The notes under the pieces: model-generated
The model's database searches: none
What the model saw: the letters and a program-made list of their open reading frames with translations, nothing else
Told to the model about the DNA's origin: nothing
Translations under genes and position numbers: made by a program
Source: Promethearchaeota archaeon
Lineage (GTDB): Archaea > Asgardarchaeota > Lokiarchaeia > Sigyniarchaeales > SOKP01
Direction of reading: 5' to 3'
Assembly: GCA_048938005.1 (NCBI GenBank)
Contig: JBHLMQ010000059.1
Location: 1 to 18,097, forward strand
DNA length: 18,097 nucleotides
Shown: positions 9,102 to 16,301 of the stretch, in pieces
How the letters are laid out: each line of letters starts with the position of its first letter
Numbering within the stretch: the first letter of the stretch is position 1

Positions 9102-9113
9102 CTATAAATTTCT
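9102..9113 (-). promoter_or_regulatory. Candidate archaeal BRE/TATA promoter for the AbrB-ACT to actin operon (near-leaderless transcript)
   Basis: The minus strand reads AGAAA-TTTATAG, with 23 nt between TTTATA and the ATG at 9079. This is canonical spacing, but the region is very AT-rich. Confidence 0.45.
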
Positions 9114-9317
9114 AACTATAATGTTTGTATATATTTTTTTTATATTTATTATCAAAATTATTATTAATAACTTTATTGTAATCCTAATTTACTAAAAAAC
9201 TATAATTAAAACATAAAATAAATGAATACTTAAGAAATATACACTAATTTCGAATATCTCAGGAATCGAGAAAATATACTAAAAAGTAAATAAAAAAATA
9301 TAGTTATAATCACTAAA

Positions 9318-11438
9318 TTATATTTCTTTGTGTGCCTTTAATTTCACAGTGAGGTCTCTTGCTCGCTTAGAATACCAAATTAATAATTCTCCCGCATCCT
9401 CAGGTTTGAAATACTCTCCACCACATAAAGCAGCAGCACGTGCCATCAATGCATCATCAGGGTTGCCTAAGCCTACAATATAAACTACAACATTCGGATT
9501 ATCTGCTAATTTCTTAATTTCATTGAAGAAAGCATCCCCATCAGTAGGCACGCCATCGGTAAGTATAACTACCATAGTTGGCTGGTCTGGACTCATCTTT
9601 TGGAATTCATTTAATACATTATGAGCTTGCACCATCGAAGCGCCCATATTAGTAGCTTGTCCATAAGCATTTCCTATTCGATCTACAATCATTCGAGCAG
9701 CATCTTCAAGTACACCTTTTTTACCACTTGCAGAATCCATGTAGAAGCCACCACCAAAAGGTAAAATCTGGGCTTCATCTGCAAATCGAATAACCGCTAC
9801 TTTTTCTCCAAAGCCTCTTCCTACTTTTTCGCTTAAAAAGAGAACAGCCGCAAATGCCGCCGATATCCTGCGAGGTATGTTTATTCCATCTTTAAAGTGT
9901 TTCAGAAATTCTTGAATTTCTCGAGATTCCATAGCAGCTTTTATACCCTCAATGGCAGGAGCAATATTGGTTACAAATACATCTCTCGCCATCATAGAAC
10001 GACTTATATCAATTATCAAAATAGCATTAAAAGGAATTAAGCCTACTGGGCTTAAAGATAGAGTTGTGTTTTGTGTAACCCTAGCAAAAATATCACCCGT
10101 TAAATCAGGAACCGTGTTAATAATAGAGCAAGCAATATTAACTGCTGTCCATCTAAGTTTAATCCCCTTGAAGATTATATAATTTGAAATCCATCCTTTC
10201 ATAGAATCTACATTTTCTCGAGCAGTACTTATAATCTCCCACATATTTTCACCTGAAATAGGAGATATACCTAATGAAATACTTTGTAAAGGAATAATTG
10301 TTCTTGGATTTTTAAAAACTTTTACTTCAAAACTCCCAATACCTGATGCTTCAAGAATTTCACTATCAATTACTATAGTATTATCTGGAACAGATTCTTC
10401 AATTTCTACTTTTCCTGCCCCCATTGCCCCGGTAAGTTCATCTTCAAATGCAAGTATATCATCCGTTTGAATTGAGAGTGTATATTGAGTTCTAGGGCCA
10501 ACCAATGCATGTCCCATAAGATTTGGTTGAGACTGCACTTCTAGCATTATTTCTGAGGCCTTTTGTATAGGTGGTTCAGTAGAATATATAACAATCTGTT
10601 CTGCTTGAATATTTGTATCTTCATAAGTATCCATGCTCATTCTAATTTCATTTGTACTTATATTTCCTTGATCGATTCTTGCTGAACCCATGGATCTTGT
10701 CAATGGGTCTTCCCATGCTATTAACATTCCTTGGCCTAGACCTAATTGTTGAAGAATATTAGGACTCACTTGCACTCGCCCACCCTCTATGGTATTATCT
10801 AACATAGGAGTAAGAATTATTCCATTTTTCTGGCGTTGTAACATTTTAATGTCGATTCTATTTGGAAATGGTTCAACAGGTGCAGCAGGTTCAACCATTG
10901 GTTGCCCTATACTAGGTTGTGGTATCTCCATGGGAGGAGGAGGTCGAGATGGAAGAGGTGATATTGTAGGTTGAGGTGTTGGTGTGGGTTGAGGTGTTGG
11001 TGTAGGCTGAGGTGTTGGTGTAGGCTTAGGTGTTGGTGTAGGCTGAGGTGTTGGTGTAGGCTGAGGTGTTGGTGGAGTAGGTAAAGGTGATAAAGAAGGC
11101 TCCGTTGGTGTTGAAGGGATTGGAGTAGGTTTTGGTGTGGGAACTTTTGGAATTTTTAATGTGGGAGTAAGCTTTGATGGCCCACTAGCGGGACGAACTG
11201 TAAGTTCAACTCCTGAAAATTGTAAATCATCAAGTATATTTTTAGCAAATTGTCCAGCAAAATCTAAAACTGTATCAGAAATTTCTATAATAACTGTTTT
11301 TTTCAAATTATTATCAATATTTAATACTTCTACTAAATCTCCTTTTTTAAGTCCCAATTTTTGTGCATTTGATTGACATATAATAACTTTATCGCGAATT
11401 TCATCATTCGAATCAACAAAAAGTTTTATCTCTGGCAT
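9318..11438 (-). CDS. Multidomain protein: Cdc48-N-like (double-psi barrel) repeats, Pro/Thr linker, C-terminal vWA domain
   Basis: vWA MIDAS: [33 protein letters not shown]. Three barrel-like units ([14 protein letters not shown]; [14 protein letters not shown]; [14 protein letters not shown]) and a Cdc48 domain-2-like end ([11 protein letters not shown]). No Walker A motif seen. Confidence 0.8.
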   Translation of the reverse strand: MPEIKLFVDSNDEIRDKVIICQSNAQKLGLKKGDLVEVLNIDNNLKKTVIIEISDTVLDFAGQFAKNILDDLQFSGVELTVRPASGPSKLTPTLKIPKVPTPKPTPIPSTPTEPSLSPLPTPPTPQPTPTPQPTPTPKPTPTPQPTPTPQPTPTPQPTISPLPSRPPPPMEIPQPSIGQPMVEPAAPVEPFPNRIDIKMLQRQKNGIILTPMLDNTIEGGRVQVSPNILQQLGLGQGMLIAWEDPLTRSMGSARIDQGNISTNEIRMSMDTYEDTNIQAEQIVIYSTEPPIQKASEIMLEVQSQPNLMGHALVGPRTQYTLSIQTDDILAFEDELTGAMGAGKVEIEESVPDNTIVIDSEILEASGIGSFEVKVFKNPRTIIPLQSISLGISPISGENMWEIISTARENVDSMKGWISNYIIFKGIKLRWTAVNIACSIINTVPDLTGDIFARVTQNTTLSLSPVGLIPFNAILIIDISRSMMARDVFVTNIAPAIEGIKAAMESREIQEFLKHFKDGINIPRRISAAFAAVLFLSEKVGRGFGEKVAVIRFADEAQILPFGGGFYMDSASGKKGVLEDAARMIVDRIGNAYGQATNMGASMVQAHNVLNEFQKMSPDQPTMVVILTDGVPTDGDAFFNEIKKLADNPNVVVYIVGLGNPDDALMARAAALCGGEYFKPEDAGELLIWYSKRARDLTVKLKAHKEI
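10966..11073. repeat. Six tandem 18-bp coding repeats (PTPQPT)6
   Basis: Unit gtaggctgaggtgttggt with 0-2 substitutions, at 10966, 10984, 11002, 11020, 11038 and 11056. One copy has Q to K. Confidence 0.97.
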
Positions 11439-11536
11439 TTATTTCAACTATTAATTTGTAATTAGATTCTTGATCTTAATTTTTATCTTTAATTAAAAAT
11501 ATTCTAATATTATCCTTATAAGATTTAATTCTAAAT

Positions 11537-11929
11537 TTAACTTGTTAAAGGGTAACGCTTCGAAATCTCCTGTGAATAATAGCGAAAAACTTTAACAACT
11601 TTTCCTAAATCAGCGGTTTGCCTTGAAGCTCCCATTAAAAAAAATCTTCCAGCAGCACTAAGTATTATAAATCCATTATCCCCACGTAATACAACCTCAA
11701 GCAAATTTGTGTATCCTAAAGCTCCAATCGCATCACTTCCGGATTGGACAACTACAGCACTTAGGCTTGAAAATAAGTCCGGATCAATAGAATAGCCTGG
11801 AACGCATGAAAATGCTAAGCGTAAACCTTCTCTTGTAACTAAAGCTAATGCCTCAAGTTCGCTGTATTCAGTTATTGAGCCCAAAAATTTTGATAAAGCG
11901 CTAGCTTCTTCGGGTGTGAGATCTGACAA
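11537..11929 (-). CDS. Roadblock/LC7 (MglB-like) domain protein
   Basis: 130 aa, TTG start. LEALALVTREGLRLA, DPDLFSSLSAVV, LEVVLRGDNGFIIL, DLGKV...SQEI follow the Roadblock pattern. Confidence 0.9.
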   Translation of the reverse strand: MSDLTPEEASALSKFLGSITEYSELEALALVTREGLRLAFSCVPGYSIDPDLFSSLSAVVVQSGSDAIGALGYTNLLEVVLRGDNGFIILSAAGRFFLMGASRQTADLGKVVKVFRYYSQEISKRYPLTS

Positions 11930-12151
11930 TTTTTACTGGAATTAAAATTTTTATTCAATTAATATAAATTAAAAAATTTTACCTTAAAAATTTATATTTC
12001 TAATGTGAAATGTTAAGATTGTTGAGGCGTAGATTTTTTTCATTAAATTAATTATTCAATTGAGATAACAAAAACTTAATGAATATAAAATTCTTTATTT
12101 TTACTTTAGAAGTACAAAAATAGTAAGGATAAAGATTTGGGAAATTCTTTT

Positions 12152-12991
12152 TTAATTTCCTTCTAGCTGCTCTTTAATCTGTTCTTTTAACAGTTCTCTC
12201 TTGCTTTTTGCTGCTACAGGTCTAGTTTTTGCGTTGGAGCGTTTAAGAAATTCTATAGCAATTATTTTACCATTCTCGCTCAGAATGCGAGGCGAATAAT
12301 CCTCAGCGAAAAATATTCCCTCCGGAATGGCCCCTACTTTCGAAATTTCTTTTGTCACTTGTTTTTCTCCTAAAAATTGTTGTACTTTCTCTACAATAGA
12401 ATATGCATGATTTCCAATAATAATCAGTTCTCTTTCAAAACCAGGTGGCATTTGAATTTCTTCTAATTTTTGCATTACTTGTTGAAAATCTATTTGAGGT
12501 TGATCTTGCATAAGTTCAGCCATAGATCCTTCACCCCGATATAAAGGGCCAATATTTTGAGCGGCACGGTCTCTACTTCCTGCTATATTCATACCTTCAG
12601 CAGGTTTTGGAGTTCCAAACACATTCTTCTCTCGTAATGGATGCACGGAAGGTGGAGTAATATCTTCTGCTTTTATTTCTTTTGCTATCCCCGCTTCTGT
12701 TTGACCACCAATCAGCTTAATAAAATCGGTATCTTCCTCACCCTCATCAAGTGGAACGACAGCATAATGCATTCCTACTTGACCTCGGATTTCCTGAGAT
12801 CTTTTAGCTCCAATGAATTTTGATCTAACGCTACTCTTAAGGCCTTTCCAAAGAAATACCTTTCTTACATCATCTGCAACAAGTACATAACATTCATCTG
12901 TTTTTAATACATCTTTAATTGGGCCTTCAGTAGTAATTTCTGTTGTAGTCCCATCCGGGTTAATAAGAAATAATTGTGGTATTTTAATCAA
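12152..12991 (-). CDS. Single gelsolin-domain protein with linker and uncharacterised C-terminal domain
   Basis: LKTDECYVL, VFLWKGLKSS and VPLDEGEEDTDFIKLIGG match a gelsolin/villin repeat. TTG start. Confidence 0.88.
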   Translation of the reverse strand: MIKIPQLFLINPDGTTTEITTEGPIKDVLKTDECYVLVADDVRKVFLWKGLKSSVRSKFIGAKRSQEIRGQVGMHYAVVPLDEGEEDTDFIKLIGGQTEAGIAKEIKAEDITPPSVHPLREKNVFGTPKPAEGMNIAGSRDRAAQNIGPLYRGEGSMAELMQDQPQIDFQQVMQKLEEIQMPPGFERELIIIGNHAYSIVEKVQQFLGEKQVTKEISKVGAIPEGIFFAEDYSPRILSENGKIIAIEFLKRSNAKTRPVAAKSKRELLKEQIKEQLEGN

Positions 12992-13163
12992 TCTCCTTTA
13001 ATTTTTTATTGAAATTTAATATAATCTAAATTCTGAAACCTCAACTTAAGTTTTCACAATAACTAGTTAATAATATAATAAGATTAGGGTTTAATAAATC
13101 TTTATCTAATTCTTTATTCACGTTCTGACATCTCTTAATAGACAGTTTTCGTTTTACGTACTT

Positions 13164-14735
13164 TTAAAAATTAAAAATGTTTTTGATACTATTATCAATA
13201 TTGTTGACCAAATCTAATGCAGTAAAGCGTTCTCCGATTGTAGTTTTGCAATATTCTCCTATTATTCCATTAAGAAAGGCTGCGGAACATGCTGACTGGA
13301 AGGGTTGATTTTTTATCGCCAAAAAACTAGTACATAATCCTGCTAAAACATCACCAGTCCCTCCAATACTCATTTCAGGGCATCCAGTTTTATTAATTTT
13401 TATTAATTTCCCATTAGATATATAATCATAAGGTCCTTTAACAAGCAAGGTTATCTTTGATTTTTTTGCTAAATTAGATATTAATTTACTACGTGCATTT
13501 ACATCATAATATGGGGGCAAATCCACATCCATCATTATTTTTAACTCTCCCTCATGAGGTGTTAAAATGATAGGCATCCCTTTAATTAATTCAAGATGAT
13601 CCTTTACTAATTTTAAAGCATCAGCATCAAGAACACATTGTTTCTTATATTGTTTTAAACTTTTTAATAATTCTATTAATAAGGTTTCAGTTTCTTTTTC
13701 TAATCCTAGTCCCGGTCCAATTAATATAGAATCTGCCCATTTTATTAATTCAGTTAGCTCTTCTAAAGAGTCAACATTTAACCAGTTTCCTTTATTTGCT
13801 CTTACGATCATGTTTGGAGAAAAACCTCTGAGAACGTTAGCTATTATTTCTGGTACATACGTAATTACCAAATCTATTCCGAAGTTGATTCCTGTTAAAG
13901 AAGCATACGCTGGTGCTCCAGAATAATTTTTAGAGCCTCCTATAATTAATATTCTGCCAAATTCGCCTTTATGAGTATCTTTTTTTCTTTTTTTTAAGGT
14001 GGGAATTAAATCACCTTTCCCAACAAAAATATTTGCTTCTGGTGGAATTCCTATGGATTTTTCTAATATTTCTTTCATAAATTCATTGCTCCCTGACATT
14101 CCTTTTTTCATTCTATGGAATGTAATTAATAAATCTGCTTTTACTGCTCTATCTGTGACCTTTCCAGTATTAGGGTCCAATCCTGAAGGGACATCAATAG
14201 ATACAACTGAAATTCTTTCTTGCTCAGATTCTTTAAGATTATTTATTAAATTTATAGCTGATATTATAGGTTCTCTAATTTTTCCCTCTATTCCAGTTCC
14301 TAACAATGCATCAACAATTACATGATAACTTTTATCTTTTTTAATAATATTACTTATTTTACTTAATTCTGAAGAGTCTCTAATGATTTCTGTAGTAACT
14401 GAATAATCAAGATTGTTAAAAATGATATTCCAATTTAATTTGGCTTCTTTTGTTCTAATCTTATTAGGTGTACCTACTAAAATAACTAGAGATTTAATCC
14501 CATATGAAGATAAATGTCTTGCCACAACAAATCCATCACCACCATTGTTACCAGTTCCACAAAAAATAGCTACTTTAGAACTTGTTTTTAAATAACCTCG
14601 ATTCATAACTTCAGCTGCGAAAGAATAACCCGCACATTCCATTAAATGGCTTTTTGGAATACCTAACCATTCTGAGTTATTATCTAAAATTGCCATCTCT
14701 TCAGAAGTGATTTTATCAGAATTAAATAGATTCAT
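13164..14735 (-). CDS. nnr: Bifunctional NAD(P)H-hydrate epimerase/dehydratase (YjeF/Nnr)
   Basis: LMECAG, CGTGNNGGDG, VDALLGTG, SIDVPSG; HKGEFGRILIIGGS, GPGLG, DADAL, LTPHEGE, GGTGDVLAG. Confidence 0.96.
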   Translation of the reverse strand: MNLFNSDKITSEEMAILDNNSEWLGIPKSHLMECAGYSFAAEVMNRGYLKTSSKVAIFCGTGNNGGDGFVVARHLSSYGIKSLVILVGTPNKIRTKEAKLNWNIIFNNLDYSVTTEIIRDSSELSKISNIIKKDKSYHVIVDALLGTGIEGKIREPIISAINLINNLKESEQERISVVSIDVPSGLDPNTGKVTDRAVKADLLITFHRMKKGMSGSNEFMKEILEKSIGIPPEANIFVGKGDLIPTLKKRKKDTHKGEFGRILIIGGSKNYSGAPAYASLTGINFGIDLVITYVPEIIANVLRGFSPNMIVRANKGNWLNVDSLEELTELIKWADSILIGPGLGLEKETETLLIELLKSLKQYKKQCVLDADALKLVKDHLELIKGMPIILTPHEGELKIMMDVDLPPYYDVNARSKLISNLAKKSKITLLVKGPYDYISNGKLIKINKTGCPEMSIGGTGDVLAGLCTSFLAIKNQPFQSACSAAFLNGIIGEYCKTTIGERFTALDLVNNIDNSIKNIFNF

Positions 14736-14866
14736 AACAATTTAATTTAAGATTTAGACATAAAAAACCTTTTAGGTTCAAACTGATTTTTAACTAAAGA
14801 AATATTTCATTTTTCAAACCTTAATAAAGTTAACAATTAGTAAAAGATAATTATTAGGCTAGAAAA

Positions 14867-15679
14867 ATGAGTAAAAATCTTAAAATATATCAAGAATATG
14901 GTAAAAAATTTGAAGAATTTTTAAGATTACTAACATTTCCAATTGCCATTAAACTTATTAAAAATGAATCTGAAATACTTACCGATTATAAAAAGCCCAA
15001 ATCTGATTTAAAGTTTAAATCTTTTTTATGTCAAACTTTTAAAATGGTTCGTAGCTATGGTTGGACTATGGCGATAACAGAAGAGGATTGTATATGTAGA
15101 TTAGCTAGGGGTGTATATGGTTGGGATCCGATGACAGAAGAAACAAAAAATTTTGCTAACCAGTTCAGCGTTGGACTTTATGCAAAAGACCTAGAGACAG
15201 CAAAAAAATGGCAAGACAAACTTTATTTGTTAAAAGAAAAACATTTAGGCCTTATTATTTCACCTTTGACAAGAACCAAAATTGAACCTGACGTTGTTCA
15301 AATTTATTGTAACCCAGCACAGGCCATGAGATTAATTCAAAGTTATCTTTACCATAAGGGCGGAGTACTTGATTTCACATCTGCAGGGCGTGGAGCTTCT
15401 TGCCATGAGGGCGTTATCAAAACAATACAAACTGATGAACCTCAATTAGTTGTTTTAGGAAATGGTGATCGAGTTTGGGGAGATGCAGATGATTCAGAAC
15501 TTATGTTCTCAATTCCAAAAAGTAAATTAGATATTGTAATAGACGGATTAGAAACAACTCATAAAGCGGGTTTGAGATATCCTATACCAAAATATATGAA
15601 TTATACCCCAGGATTCCAAACATCATTTGAAGAAAAAAGAAAAAGAGAGGCAGGAGGTACAATTATTAAAGAAAATTAA
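14867..15679 (+). CDS. DUF169-family protein
   Basis: LRLLTFPIAIK, FLCQ, CIC...G..G, EPDVVQIYCNPAQAMRL, ASC, LGNGDR, ELMFSIP match the DUF169 pattern. Divergent from nnr. Confidence 0.8.
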   Translation: MSKNLKIYQEYGKKFEEFLRLLTFPIAIKLIKNESEILTDYKKPKSDLKFKSFLCQTFKMVRSYGWTMAITEEDCICRLARGVYGWDPMTEETKNFANQFSVGLYAKDLETAKKWQDKLYLLKEKHLGLIISPLTRTKIEPDVVQIYCNPAQAMRLIQSYLYHKGGVLDFTSAGRGASCHEGVIKTIQTDEPQLVVLGNGDRVWGDADDSELMFSIPKSKLDIVIDGLETTHKAGLRYPIPKYMNYTPGFQTSFEEKRKREAGGTIIKEN

Positions 15680-16133
15680 TTCTTGATAAAAAAAATTTTG
15701 AAAATTAATAACATACTTTTCACCTATGTTTTATTTTTAATTTTAGTTTTATTGGATTTGAAGTAAATTAATAATTTAGACTAATGAATTTAAGGGCTTA
15801 TAAGTTAGTAGGTTTATTATAAGATTAATTTTTTAAGAAAGAAAAAGTGGAATGAATGGTTATCAAGGTCAAATTCATATCCACATAGGTCGCTTTTATA
15901 TTTCAGTTTTAATATTTCTAATATTTAAAAACTGTTTCTGTCCGTTTATAAATCAATGTGATTAAGTTAATCAATCAAAATAGAAAGAATCTAAAATTAA
16001 TGTATCTAAATTTAATTTTTTGGGAAAAAAAAGACTTAAAATACAGATATTTGGAAATTATTAGAAATCTCCTTGATAAAATGTTATAATTTTAAATAAA
16101 TGTATTCTAGTTTAGATTTTTTTGATTTTCATT

Positions 16134-16158
16134 TTTTTTCCGGGAGAAACGGAAAAAA
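16134..16158. promoter_or_regulatory. Perfect 9-bp inverted repeat (possible operator or hairpin) upstream of the surface-protein gene
   Basis: TTTTTTCCG-ggagaaa-CGGAAAAAA, directly followed by an (AT)n TATA-like run. Confidence 0.35.
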
Positions 16159-16301
16159 GCAATATATATATAGTTAAAATTCACTAAAATTTATTGTTTC
16201 TTATCCATTTTTTATTCATAATATACTTCAGTGAAAAATGAAAGAAGATTTTAATAAATAGTTGAAATGGTAATTCTAAATATTAAATTTTTTAAAAGAG
16301 A

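Noticed and set aside
10966-11073. 18-bp repeats as a CRISPR or other non-coding array
   Set aside because: No spacers, the unit is a multiple of three, and it encodes an in-frame Pro/Thr linker.
8802-11376. + strand ORFs 8802-9107, 9952-10182, 10789-10974, 11137-11376
   Set aside because: Antisense to the AbrB-ACT and vWA genes; typical shadow frames.
6587-11929. Dynein/dynactin-like interpretation (Arp1 + Roadblock + coiled coil)
   Set aside because: No motor or tubulin gene is present, and prokaryotic Roadblock proteins are generally GTPase-associated. The analogy is unsupported.
12641-14595. + strand ORFs 12641-12823, 13999-14325, 14413-14595
   Set aside because: Antisense to the gelsolin and nnr genes.
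15852-15965. 37-codon ATG ORF on the + strand in the intergenic region
   Set aside because: Too short, no motif, and compatible with chance.
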